Shown: positions 27,730 through 40,696, counted from the first letter of the stretch. The stretch is 48,391 nucleotides of DNA from Octopus sinensis (GCF_006345805.1 NW_021834705.1:1-48391); one strand, 5' to 3'. Notes: a model not told the origin generated them from the letters alone. A program made the numbers and translations.

Positions 27730-28005
27730 ATTATGGCTGCCCCTCGTTATCGAGTATGGCCATTGCACGAAGCTTAGCAGTTATTGGTGCTGTGATCGAA
27801 TGTGGCTTTTTAGCCCAGCTAAAGATCTACAATGTCTTGTACAAAATTGGCAACTAAAACCTTTACTGGTAATAGCCGGCTGTAGTTGTAACTGGGTTTC
27901 ATGTACCTTTGCATGTCGTTCAAGTCCTCCTGCCGAATTACACTCTTTTCCACATGCCCGACAGATATGATTATGATTTATCTGGCGGTGTAACACGCCA
28001 AATAA
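27730..28005 (-). mobile_element. 5'-truncated RTE-type LINE 3' end encoding two C2H2 zinc fingers
   Basis: CRACGKECNSAGGLERHAKVH and CQFCTRHCRSLAGLKSHIRSQH match the C.S..GL..H finger of RTE ORF termini; no TGEKP linker; ~50-nt 3' UTR; flanked by microsatellite. Confidence 0.65.
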
Positions 28006-28408
28006 ATACATAGATAGCTAGCTAGATAGATAGATAGATATACACGAGTGAGTGGACAAACGAAAGAAGGGCACTAAGAAAATTCATTGGGAGTTACATG
28101 TATAGATCAAAACAGTTTGATTCAAATTCGTTGGTACTCCGAGTTTCAAGCGTGATGCTAGTCCTCTGCCATATGTATAAATTCATACGTATATATGTAT
28201 TATGAGTAGATGTTGATTGAATTGAAAGACAATGTGCTGATGCTGTCTGTCAAAAAAGTTGTATTTCGAGGTATTTAAGTAACTAAAGTATTAATCTACT
28301 TATTTTAATTAAATCTCTTCATATGATATTTTATCGTCTGTACATCAAAATGCCGGAACGTTTCCATCAACGAAAGTTCAACGCCATCTTAAACAACACA
28401 TGGAAGGA

Positions 28409-28837
28409 TTACGTAACCAATAAAACGTCAGTAGTCCAACTTTAGAATCAACCATGATTAAATACGAGTTATGAACTATGATGGCTGGGTCATGCGTGTA
28501 AAATGGGAAAAGAGAGATTTCCAGGTCAAATCCATTTCAGTGAATAAACCACGAGAAAAAAGACCATGAGGCTATTCTTTTCGACGTCACAAAAAAGCTA
28601 TGTTCCAACTTCAAAATGGCTAAAATTAAGTACAAAAGCGAAGAAAAGAAAATCAAAGATCGTTCGTTCCAGCTGACGTGATTTTTTCATTAGAGCAACC
28701 GAACTTCTTGAAATCGAAAGAAAAAGAAAAATGGAACATAAAATGCGTTAAGAACATATTGTTATTTTAATATATTGCCTGTGATGATGGTCGCCTCTCT
28801 GCAGAAACTTTCTGCTGACGTTCCAGTGACGTAAACA
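28409..28837. promoter_or_regulatory. Candidate bZIP/CRE motif cluster
   Basis: TTACGTAA 28409; TGACGT-type half sites at 28425, 28583, 28674, 28816, 28827; overlapping forkhead GTAAACA 28831. Confidence 0.25.
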
Positions 28838-28887
28838 AACTACAGCGGTTATGAAATACGTCTACAAGTGTTTCCTCTTCTTTATAG

Positions 28888-28958
28888 CAGCCTATTTGGA
28901 TTCGAACTCATAACCTCACGATCGTAAGCTCAACGCTTTAACCACTGAACCATGCGCC
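28888..28958 (-). mobile_element. tRNA-like SINE head (family C)
   Basis: Minus strand ggcgcatggttcagtggttaaagcg...gagttcgaatcc; no acceptor stem or CCA. Confidence 0.75.
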
Positions 28959-29007
28959 TTAACACACACACATACACACATAGACACACACACACATATA
29001 TATGTAT

Positions 29008-29076
<69 letters not shown>

Positions 29077-29117
29077 TATTTCAAAATGTAACTACATGTA
29101 GATCATTAGCGATTTTT

Positions 29118-29298
29118 CCCTCCGTTTTCCTTTTCTCTTGGATTTTCCTCTGTCTCCTGTTTCTGACGAAGAGCTTTGCTCGAAACGTGACACAACCTTT
29201 CTTGCCTTCCCGGAGTGTCTGCTAATAGTTTGCATGTACAACCATGGCGCGTTGTTGTTTTTCTTACTTGTTTTGTTTTTCTTTGTTTTTTCTATGAC
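29118..29298 (+). mobile_element. Short element with hammerhead-like motif (29163-29189), ends at (TA)n
   Basis: CTGACGA-A-GAGC-ttt-GCTC-GAA-ACGT-G; the GUG triplet suggests an inactive copy. Confidence 0.65.
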
Positions 29299-30504
29299 AT
29301 ATATATATATATATGTATGTATGTATATTTGCACACAACTTCTGTCACGGATATATATGCATGTACGCGTGTGTACAAAGGCACGCATATAGAGTTTTGT
29401 TTACAACAAACCTCTTTCTTACCCATGTTTCATATTGCAGCTTTCATTAGGAAGTTAAGCTGCCCTACATTTGGAGACTACATGTGTGCATATAAACATA
29501 ATCATACATGTGTTGATGCTTATATATACATATATAGACACACATATATATATATATATATATACCCATATATAAATATATGTATATGTATATATATACA
29601 TATATACATATATATACCCATATATAAATATATGTATATGTATATATATACATATATACATACGTATATAAATATATTTATGTACTTGTACATACATATA
29701 TGTATACATGTATGTATATGTATGTGAGTGTGTGCATACGAGGGGGTGGGGGCTTAAAATTTTCTTGGATTTGGGTAAAAGAAAATCCCGGAGCATCAGC
29801 TAATTACCATTTTGCTCAATATATTTCCCTCTCAGATTCACACCTTTATTGCGGCGGTCCTTCGGTTTTTTCTAAGCCGTGTAGAACAACTCAGAAGGTT
29901 GGCCTGTCAACCAAGCCTTTCGCGACACCCTTAAACCAAAGTCCCTTGTATGTATGTATATGTTTATATATAGTTATATGTGTGTGTGTGTACATATATA
30001 TACATGTTTGCACACACACACATACATACATACATACATGCACACATACATACAAACGCACATGCATACATACGCACACGCATACATACATACACACATA
30101 CATACACACACACATACATGCATATATACACAATATATGCATCCTCATTTGCACTCAAATTAATAATGTGTATGCGCGTGTATTATTCTGTCTGTACTGC
30201 ATACATTTGCATATGTATTTAATATATATTTATGAGAAGAAAATTGGCGAAAGCATATGAATTTTTGTCATACTGATTATAACATCATATTCCTGATGAG
30301 AAAATATCGATTATCTACATTTGGGGACCTCTACTCATGCGAAAATACCTTATACATAAGACCTACAAACCGTACGCAACACTTAATGCCAATAAACTTA
30401 GACTTTCCGCAGTAACTTTAGCCCTTCTTTTCTTCCTCTTTTTCTTCTCCTTTTTCTTCTCTTTCTTTTTCATCCTTTACTTCTACTTCTTCCTCTTCTC
30501 CTTC

Positions 30505-30540
30505 TATTTATTATTATTATTATCATTATTATTATTATTA

Positions 30541-30593
<53 letters not shown>

Positions 30594-30617
30594 GTTGTGT
30601 TGTTGTTGTTATTATCA

Positions 30618-30677
<60 letters not shown>

Positions 30678-30680
30678 CAA

Positions 30681-30712
<32 letters not shown>

Positions 30713-30748
30713 GTGTTGTTGTTGTTATTATCATTATTATTATTATTA

Positions 30749-30781
<33 letters not shown>
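30505..30781. repeat. (TTA)n/(TTG)n array
   Basis: Direct periodicity. Confidence 0.95.
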
Positions 30782-30782
<1 letters not shown>

Positions 30783-31183
30783 CAATCTGCTACGTTTTTA
30801 CCTTGCACAACGCACCTTTAATGCATATGTGCGTCTCGGCATTTTTGTGTAACGCTTTTTTGTTTTGTTTTGAAAGCCATGTTATGTACTGTATGTTTGG
30901 GTGCTAATGGCCAAGAAGGAAATAACAATTATCGCTAGTTTTTGTATACTTCGAGCCTTTTTATTCTTCTATTTTCCGTTTCTTTTTCTCAGTTGTTCAA
31001 TCCAGGCCATGCTGGGGCAACGGCCTGGGTTGCCGCAAACAGAACTCAGTATTTATTTTTAAGTATGTTACTTGTAGAAACAGTCGTGCTATTCTGTGTT
31101 AACATATTGGTGACTTGGTGTCATAAACAAGCCTATAGCAGTCATCAAACTTTGAGAGACGCACGCACGCTCAAATGCACGCG

Positions 31184-31235
<52 letters not shown>

Positions 31236-31332
31236 CACACACACACACACATACAGACATATACTTATGTATGTATTAACCGTTCCAATTTCAATACGTA
31301 AGCTTTCTTATTCTATATTTTCGAGATGAAGA

Positions 31333-31530
31333 ATTGTATACATTATTTACAATGGACAGATAAATGAAATACCTTAGGAATGAGAACAGGGTACCCCATT
31401 AGTCATTTAAAGCGTTGGGTTCTAAATTCCACCAAAACACCTGATGGATACTGGAGAGTACCTCAGCCGAAACGTTATGGTAACAACAAAAAGATGAGAG
31501 CACCTATCCGTCCATTGGGAATAATATAAG
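31333..31530. mobile_element. Old, internally deleted copy of the 44689-45279 palindromic element
   Basis: Left terminus cattatttacaatggacaga joined to right arm aaataccttaggaatgagaac...acacctgatgg...cagccgaaacgtt...gatgag. Confidence 0.7.
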
Positions 31531-31872
31531 CTTTCTTTTCCTTTCACGAATATAGTCACCGATTTTGGTAGTAAACTTCTTAATCCATCTAAGCTTTTCA
31601 TTTCTACTTTGTATCCATGGAAATGAATAAGCTGATGCTGCGTCTGTTTAGATCTTTGGTTGGAGTCTCATGGAACAGATATATACTCAAATGACGCTCT
31701 AGCCACGCCAATCCTATCTTATTTTCGGCAAAGTCTACCCAACCACAGAATAAATCATACCTCTTTTTGGAGGAAAGAAGTAAAGCGGAGTCGCTTGTGA
31801 ATGGCATACCAGTCATTATTGCAGCATTAAGTTATATCTCATATCTCATAACAATTGTTATTGTTATCGGCA

Positions 31873-32378
31873 TTTAGCCCTAGGTCAGGTCCAATCATCA
31901 GTTTGTCTTTCAAATGTAGTGTATTTGTGACTATATTATCTAATGATCTGTAAGTGGCAGATGATTCTAACCGGTCAAACGTGTGAGAAAATAAAGAGAA
32001 AAACAAGGGACGACGGAAGGACCACTCCCTAAACATCTCATCGTCTCATCTTTTATTAAAACACAGTGTATTTAAGACTACATTATGACTTGTGACCCCA
32101 TTTGAAAAAAAAAAGTGTTGGGTGTGATTTCAGGGTAATGTGGCCCAAATTCCTGGCTGAGCGATTAATGACGCACAAACAAATCGTGATACGTTTATCA
32201 CTAAAGCTGTCAGAAAACGCAGCAAAACCTTCTCTAAACTCGAATCTTACATTTTGCTCTTTCTTAAGAAATGCACAATTTATTTCGTAGTTGAATAGAA
32301 AGTGTCGGAAAAAGATAGGATGGTCAGATTTGGAATATCATTTTATGTTCCGATCAAACAAGCTGACCTGGGGCTAAA
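31873..32378. mobile_element. MITE-like element with 16-bp terminal inverted repeats
   Basis: tttagccctaggtcag (31873-31888) versus ctgacctggggctaaa (32363-32378), one mismatch. Confidence 0.6.
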
Positions 32379-32591
32379 CGATATGATATGTCTGGGTCTA
32401 ATGTGAGTTGGAAGATAGCCTCGATGGAGGAATGGGGAGGATTTGTCGAATGGCGGTGGTGTGTCGTAATTCATAAATATAAGGTATTACAATAGATGTC
32501 ATGTGTTGACCGGAGCAAATATCTTCTTTCCGTGTTGCGCATTTACTTGTCTCGTTCAGACAGAGGAGAACAATGGAGTTAATATTACTAT

Positions 32592-33045
32592 AAGCTTTAA
32601 GGCGGAGAACGAGTAGAACCGAAAGCACGCCGGAGCACAATTTTTAGCAGTTTCGTATTTACGTTCTGAGTTCAAATTCCTACCAAGGTCGACTTTACCT
32701 TTCATCATTTCGGGGTCCATAAAATAATTACAAGTCAAGCACTGGGATCGATGCTATCGACTTAGGCTCTTCCATGAAATTACTGGATTTGTGCCAAAAT
32801 TTGAAATCAATATCATGATAAAGTATAAGGTAACGGCGAGCTGGCGGAACATTTAGTAAGCCGGATAAAATGTTTAGCGGCATTTCGTCCGTCTTTACGT
32901 TCTCAGTTCAAATTCCGCCGAGGATGACTTTGTCTTTCATCCTATCGTGATCGATAAAATAAGTACCAGTCGATAACTGGGGCAGATGTGAGAGACTAAC
33001 CCCCATCCCCAAATTTGACCATGTGTCGAAAAATTGAGACCAATA
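32592..33045 (+). mobile_element. Two consecutive family A SINEs
   Basis: ttacgttctgagttcaaattcc...tttcatc repeated; heads at ~32592 and ~32835. Confidence 0.75.
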
Positions 33046-33084
33046 TTACGAACATATATACATATATTCATAACTATATATTAT

Positions 33085-33410
33085 GGGGAAGACACATAGC
33101 TCAGTGGTTAGAGCGTCGGATTCACAATCATAAAATAGAAAGTTCGATTCCCGGACTGGGATGTATATTGTGTTCTTGAGCAAGACACTTTATTTCACGT
33201 TGCTCCAGTTCACTCAGGTGCACAAATGAGTTGCAAAAGTCGCTGGTGCCAAGCTGTGCCAGCCTTTGTTTTCCTCATGAGTAACATTGGTGGCGTGGAG
33301 AAGGGAGTCTGGTATGCTTGGGCCAATGCTGGGCTTCCATAAGCAAACTAACCTGGACTTGTGCTTCGGAGGGAAACTTTCTAGGTGCAACCCCATGGTC
33401 CTTCATCACC
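33085..33410 (+). mobile_element. Family C tRNA-derived SINE
   Basis: tagctcagtgg A box, agttcgattcc B box, CORE-like ttgagcaagacact. Confidence 0.75.
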
Positions 33411-33640
33411 TTTATATATTGTGGTATACTTACTGTCGTGCTAACACACACATTCATGTATGTTCTTTTATAAATAGATACTATGCTCTGTTTTTGTCCT
33501 GCTGACGCGCTGATTTGAAATCGACATCAGCTCATACCTTTAAGCCTGTTGTCTATCACATCGGTCTCTTTCTGCACCGGCCATCAAGCAATGGTGAGGG
33601 AAAACACAGACGTAAAGACACACACATGTATACATGCACG

Positions 33641-33760
<120 letters not shown>

Positions 33761-33911
33761 TATATATGTATATATGTTGGTGACACAAACTTTCATTCGC
33801 ACTTTGAATTTGGTGATACTGGTAACGGCTTTAGCTCGCTCTGATACTGAGTTGAGATGATGTCTTCTAGTACCTCGAAATTTAATATACAATTATTCAT
33901 AATTGTAGTGT

Positions 33912-34002
33912 CCTACACTGATGAGAAAAGAAGTTGGGTAAGACATAATTATCTAATTCTTATGCTTTCCTAAAACTTAATTTCGAAACGTACGTCCGTA
34001 GG
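33912..34002 (+). ncRNA. Type-I hammerhead ribozyme, canonical core, extended stem II
   Basis: CCTACA-CTGATGA-GAAA..(60-nt stem II arm)..TTTC-GAA-ACGTACGT-C|CGTAGG; GUC site at 33996/33997; A.C mismatch at the first stem I pair. Confidence 0.65.
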
Positions 34003-34235
34003 TGACTTAAAATTGTATGATAGATTGCCGTAATTTCTTTCTCTCTTGCCTGTCTGTGTTTGCCTTTCAAGTGCTGTGGTTTTACTGAGATCTCCCTTTT
34101 AGTAGAAAGAATAGCTATAACTCTTTGACTGCCATTTCTAAATTCGGTGTGTGGTGAGGCAAATCGTTGCTAAACCCTTAATTAACCCGTAATTACTTTA
34201 GTATATATATATATATAATATATATATTATATATA

Positions 34236-34295
<60 letters not shown>

Positions 34296-34302
34296 ATATA
34301 TA

Positions 34303-34345
<43 letters not shown>

Positions 34346-34374
34346 TATATATATATATATATATGTATATATGT

Positions 34375-34536
34375 GGAGGCGAAATGGCCTGGTGGTTAGG
34401 GCAGCAGACTCGCGGTCGCAGGATCGCGGTTTCGATTCCCAGACCGGGCGTTGTGAGTGTTTATTGAGCAAAAACCCTAAAACAATGCGAACGCATTGTG
34501 ACCAGCGATGTGTAACAACATCTGATGGTCTGGTCG
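34375..34536 (+). mobile_element. Family E SINE head and 5' body
   Basis: tggcctggtgg A box, ggtttcgattcc B box, gtgagtgtttattgagc. Confidence 0.75.
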
Positions 34537-34564
34537 AAGAAAGAAGAAAGAAGAAATATATTAC

Positions 34565-34595
<31 letters not shown>

Positions 34596-34597
34596 TA

Positions 34598-34985
34598 AAC
34601 ATTTTATCTGATCAAATTCATCCTATGGTTGCATAGCTGTTTCCGGAGGGAAACGCAATCTTTGAGGATAATAATTCACACAGATAAATTTGTTATTGAA
34701 TGGCACGAGGAGTATTCTAGTGAACTTGAACATCTTATTTGGCCACCACAGTCCCCAGATCTTAGTATTATTGAACATTTATCGGTCTATTTAGAAAAAC
34801 ACCATCATTATTACAAGAAATGACAAGTATGTTAGCTGAAGAATGGACAATTTCTTTGGAAACAATTCAAACTTTGTACGAGTCCATAACTCGTAGAATT
34901 CAAGCTGTAATTACAGCCAAAGGCGGTCTTACCCCATATTAAAATAAATTTGTTTGACATTTTAAGTCGTCTCCATTATTTTGGG
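34598..34985 (+). mobile_element. Tc1/mariner transposase C-terminal remnant
   Basis: WPPQSPDLSIIEHL (starting at 34740) and RRIQAVITAKGGLTPY* (stop 34940-34942) are Tc1 DD34E-region motifs; stops and frameshifts present. Confidence 0.9.
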
Positions 34986-34999
34986 AAAACGCCAGGACA

Positions 35000-35078
35000 A
35001 AAAGCCGCACAGCGGGACTGAACCCAAGACCACATATTTGGAAAGCAAGTTTCTTACCACAAAGCCACGTCTGCGCCT
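35000..35078 (-). mobile_element. Family B SINE head fragment
   Basis: gcgggactgaacc...ttaccacaaagccacgtctgcgcc. Confidence 0.65.
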
Positions 35079-35400
35079 CTATGAATATATATATGTACAC
35101 AGAACGCAATATTCACTCACACTTACATAGATACATATATGCATATACATACAAGCCTATATACATATATACAGTCACATACATACAGACATCACACATA
35201 CATATACCTATATAGACCAATGAAGATATTAAAATCCTTCAGAAATTTCTCACTTTTTATGCACTGAACGATGTGATATCTAAAATAATAAATGTAAATA
35301 AGTGTGTATATATGTAATATTTATAGAAATACACACATATAAAGATATATAAGGGTATATTTAAACGTGCGTGTATATAAATATATGATATGTATATACA

Positions 35401-35435
<35 letters not shown>

Positions 35436-35693
35436 CTAATATAAAGCTAACATATATATATCTATGCATATTCTTATGAACACTGACGTCTATATGCCTG
35501 TGTGGATATAAGCTGATGTATTCACGAAATACATATATATATATATTATATATATATATATATATATACATGCATATGTATATACATGTACACATAAATG
35601 CGTATGTATGAATGCATACATATATACATACGCACACAATATATGCATGTATGCATATATCTATATCTATATATATATATGTATGTATGTATG

Positions 35694-35732
<39 letters not shown>

Positions 35733-37712
35733 ATATGTATATATGTACATATGTATATATATGTATATGTGTATTATATATATATATATATATATTTTTT
35801 TTATAGACACACACATATGAATGTATTATGTATGTTTCTATATATTACGACACATACGCCATCATATCTCGCTATCTGCAACTAATTTAGGAGATGAGTG
35901 ATCCAACCAGACTAATCGATTCCAGTGTATTTATGAGGTGGACATTGATTGTGTTCTAAATGAAGGCAGCGAACGGTCGAAGTCGTTGGAGTCCCAGATT
36001 AATTAGTCTTTTGTTATTTAATACCGTTTCTCTAATCATCTCTCATTGAACTAATATTTCGTTCAACAAGCGACCGCCAGATTTCACCGAGATAGAGTGT
36101 CGGGTGTATATCACGCTGTATCTTGCTGCTACTCAATATTACGAATCGACAATTTAATTCCAGTGCCATCACACTATATAATACAAAGGATACAAGCAAG
36201 ACGTTTTGGATCCTCTCTTATCATAGATTAGCTTCTTAAGAAAACAACCGACGAAGGTCATCACTGTCTAGATAGGTGGCGCTGCGAACTGATATTGGTG
36301 TAGTAACACCATTTTGTCTACAGCGAGAAATTTCCTCCGTGACATAACACAGTGAATGGCTTATTAACGAGTGCAAACGTGTCTCACGCATATTTTAATT
36401 GGTAATAATATTATGTGATGCAATCTGTATTTCAATATAATATGTATAGAAAATCAGAGGGGAGAATGCTACGGCTGGAATGCCATTTAACAAAAGTCAA
36501 CCCCATCAATGTTGAGTTATGATTGTGCAAAAACAGCAACCCTCAGCATGGTTTTATTCTTGACTATTATTAAGATGGCTGAATCGTTAAAGCTTGCGAA
36601 AGAAAAACATAATAATGTTTTGCAGCATTTGTTCTGGCTTAAATCCCGTTAAGGCTAACTTTGCATTTGATCTTTCGTGGTTCGGTATAATAAAGTTCCG
36701 GTGAACAACTTGGCTTGATAGTATCAACTGATCGCTTCTCCTCAAAATTGTCAACCTTATACTAAGGTTGGCGAGCTGGCAGTAATAGAGACAATATTTT
36801 ACAGTATATAATCTGGCTATTTACGTACTGAGTTAGAATACTGCTGTTTCAAGCTTTTCCGAGTCAATGAAATAAAGCACTAAATACTGGATTCAATAGT
36901 ATCGACAAACCGCTTCTCAAAGACAAAACCAGAAAAATAAAAGGGAGGAATTGTCTTTACAGAATGTACAACAAGCAAACAGATCGTCCCCTATGGTGAA
37001 GAAAGCAAGGCCGGAGACTTCACTCCCTACTAGAGTGCTGTGGATTTCAAAATGGAGAGAATATCTGCTGAAATGCTTGAATGGGCTGCAAGAGGAGAAA
37101 ATAACTGGGGGGTTAAGCAGTTATGAATAATATGAGGGTAGAGTATAAAGGACACTTGAAGAGTTGACTGCTGGAGGAAAGAAAGCGGTGGGAGGATATT
37201 GGCAACCCCACTAATCGAACTTTTCGAGAAACGCAGTCCCTTATTACCTACGCTGAACTTGCAATGAACACTTTCAGGAATTGGACGGATTACAGGAGGA
37301 AATCGATGAGGGGAAATGGGGTCAACTCTGATTTCGCTATAGAGCTTTGCATATGTTTCTCTCTCTTTCTTTCTCCTTCAGTCTGTCTCTTTCTCTCTCT
37401 CTCTCTCCTTCTCCTTCAGTCTGTCTCTTTCTTTCTCTTTTTATCTCTCATTTTGCATTTTAAAAGTTATCTGTCATCTCTCTTATAGAAGCGTCTCATT
37501 ATTTTGTATCATTTTAAAAATGGTAATGATATTTGATGGTTTAAATAAGATAGTGAAACCATCAGATACCTTTGCCGCTGCCATCGATTTCTATTTTAAT
37601 ATTTCAATCCGTCTGCCAATGGCTTGCGTCCATTTTCTTATACGCACATCATATTTTGCCGTCAGGCAAAATATAAACGGGTATCATGTCTGTTGTTGAT
37701 ATTAGTATTCAA

Positions 37713-37895
37713 AGCAGTGCTTTGGCAGAGTCGATAGAGACGGGGGAAAATACCTTGCAGGATCTGTTCCGAGTCCTTACGTTCCGAGTTACAAGTTCAA
37801 ATTCTGCTGTGGTCGACTTTGCCTTTCATTCTTTCGGGGTCGTGGAAATAAGTAGCAGTTGATCACTGGGTGTCGATATAATCGACTTATCACCA
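37713..37895 (+). mobile_element. Family A SINE, older
   Basis: caagttcaaattctgctgtggtcgactttgcctttcattctttcggggtcg. Confidence 0.7.
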
Positions 37896-37957
37896 CCACC
37901 ACCACCCGCAAAAAAAATAATTCTAGGCCCAGTCGAAAGAATTATTATTATTATCAA

Positions 37958-38002
<45 letters not shown>

Positions 38003-38344
38003 GATAGTGGTGAATTCACATTTCCTGGATATCAACTGGCAAAAATATTTGAAGCGCTCCAAATTACAGTCGTCGCATTGACATTACTGTTCGATTTTCC
38101 GAGGCCGATAATCTAAGCCACTAACCCACATGGATGTAAGCGTGTGGATATCATGCGCTCAGACGTCCCCTTATAATGCGCAAAACACTGGAAAGGACCA
38201 TCATATCGGGAGGGTCACAATTCTCTTCTGATGTGTCGAGTCAATTCTCATTCTCTAAAATGGATTATCGGTTAGAAAGCAGGTTGGTGATTTTATAGAA
38301 ATAATAGTTGCTAAAATATAAATGTTTTTTTTTATGTTTTGACA

Positions 38345-38475
38345 CAAAGCCAGCAATTTTGGGGTAAGTGGCTACTCGAAATCATCAACTCCAATTCTCA
38401 GTTAGCAAGTCATTTACCGAAATGGAAAAGAAAAAAAAGGCAAAGTCGACCTCGGCGGAATTTGAACTTCAGGAT
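38345..38475 (-). mobile_element. Family A SINE fragment
   Basis: ggcaaagtcgacctcggcggaatttgaact. Confidence 0.7.
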
Positions 38476-38881
38476 ATAAACTAATCAGTCCCTGCAGCAA
38501 GTCTTTCAACCCAAGGACAATGAATAGCTTTCAGAAATCCTTGGTCTGACAATACTGTTTAAGGATATAGCTGGTTTTTGATGAGGGACGAAAAGCTATA
38601 GGTATATTAGTGCTATTAGCCCATCCCGTCGGCTGAGGTACGTGACGAGCGATGATACCAATCTGTACACAAGCGTTCAATAATGTTCAAGCATCAATAA
38701 TTCATGAAGTTATGTCAAAACAAAGAGTTGATGTAGTATAAAAACGGATCAGAATATCAGCCGGCTACATGTGTATGCGCGTGCGCCTGTATGCGTGGTG
38801 TGTGTGAACGCATGCATACATATACATATACATACATATATATATATACATATGAATATATACACTGATATATATACATGC

Positions 38882-38923
<42 letters not shown>

Positions 38924-38927
<4 letters not shown>

Positions 38928-39861
38928 GAAAGTTTACGAAAATAAAAAAAAAGACGTAGACAGGTGGTGTACAAAACAAACAGATGTATTAGTATAGCGC
39001 TCAGGAATATAAAAAGTCTTTTACGTTTCGAGCCTACGCTCTTCTACAGAAAGGGACATAGAAAAAATGAGAGAAACAAGGAGAGAAAAAAAAGGGTGTG
39101 TAGTGGCTAACGATCAGGGCAGCGAACATGCATTACAAATATCACTACCAGTGGTCCAACATGTATAAATAGTCAATAGACAACATATTCATATTTTAAT
39201 AATAAATAACAAGGTAAAACTTTTTATTTTTCAATTCCTTCGAAAATTGCTATCAAATCGTGGTTTTGGCCGTGTTGGCTGTTATTTCTAGCATGTAAAA
39301 ATTACCTATTAAATGGTAGTTTTCTTTTGCGTTTAAATGTACACTTTTTAAAATATTAATATATATATATATATAGATATATATATATATATATATATAT
39401 ATAGATATATATATATATATATATATAAAGGGAAAGTTTACGAAAATAAAAAAAAGACGTAGACAGGTGGTGTACAAAACAAACAGATGTATTAGTATAG
39501 CGCTCAGGAATATAAAAAGTCTTTTACGTTTCGAGCCTACGCTCTTCTACAGAAAGGGACATAGAAAAAATGAGAGAAACAAGGAGAGAAAAAAAGGGTG
39601 TGTAGTGGCTAACGATCAGGGCAGCGAACATGCATTACAATATCACTACCAGTGGTCCAACATGTATAAATAGTCAATAGACAACATATTCATATTTTAA
39701 TAATAAATAACAAGGTAAAACTTTTTATTTTTCAATTCCTTCGAAAATTGCTATCAAATCGTGGTTTTGGCCGTGTTGGCTGTTATTTCTAGCATGTAAA
39801 AATTACCTATTAAATGGTAGTTTTCTTTTGCGTTTAAATGTACACTTTTTAAAATATTAAT
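38924..39861. repeat. Direct tandem duplication, period 504 bp, each unit with a CUGUAGA hammerhead-like element (motifs 39022-39049 and 39525-39552, -)
   Basis: Units 38924-39360 and 39428-39861 appear to differ only in homopolymer lengths; separated by (TA)n. Confidence 0.9.
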
Positions 39862-39881
39862 ATATATATATATAATATAGA

Positions 39882-39913
<32 letters not shown>

Positions 39914-39946
39914 TAATTAATAAATATATGTTCGTCCTTGGCTTCT

Positions 39947-40035
39947 CTGCTGACGAGGCACGCCAGTTGTAAATAAATTTAATTTAATTTAATTAATTTG
40001 TTTACTAAAGTTTGCCGAAACTATGCATAGTCCAG
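39947..40035 (+). ncRNA. Type-I hammerhead ribozyme, canonical core, extended stem II
   Basis: CTG-CTGACGA-GGCA..GTAAATAAATT..AATTTGTTTAC..TGCC-GAA-ACTATGCATAGT-C|CAG; GUC site at 40032/40033. Confidence 0.7.
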
Positions 40036-40160
40036 TTATGAAAGGTAAACGTTTTTATTTCTCTTTCAATTTCAGAATTACAACTATTAGCGGTTAGAGT
40101 TTGGTTGCTCTTTCTAGTGAGTCGAATGTCCTATTATGGCCATTCCTTATATTTTTGAAT

Positions 40161-40207
<47 letters not shown>

Positions 40208-40696
40208 CATAAATATATATAAAGTAGAAATAAGGATACCAAAGAGATATCATTATGCTTGAAATAGCAGTCAAAACCTGACTTTAAATCCACATGATGC
40301 CCTATTTCATAATTTTAATAATAATTATAACCTGCAGTTCTTTTCTTCCCATGCTGCTTCTTGATTTAACCATTATTTAAATAACGTAGTCATAGGTAGG
40401 AAGATGAGATGTTTGCCTCGTGATCCTCAGATTCGATGTTCGGTCGTAGTCTCAGACAGTGACTAGAACTTGAGACATAGTAATTGTTGCGATCTCGAAG
40501 GAAACCGAAAGTTCCCAAGAGGAATTATTGCCTCAACATCTGTTTTGGACAGTGTTAGATAGGAGTTCTTGATTGCAATAGAGGCAACCTGCCTGAGGGG
40601 TTGGGGAAAACTGAATTCTCATTCCGTGTATCCCCGGGTAGGACATACATTGGACATGTGGTAAAAAAATGTTTTGATATGGCTTAAATGTCTCTC

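Noticed and set aside
27781-28011. Host C2H2 zinc-finger gene
   Set aside because: Only two fingers, no TGEKP linker, RTE-type finger pattern and short tail, microsatellite flanks; better explained as a LINE end
28223-28231. miR-71-like start TGAAAGACA
   Set aside because: The match stops after 9 nt
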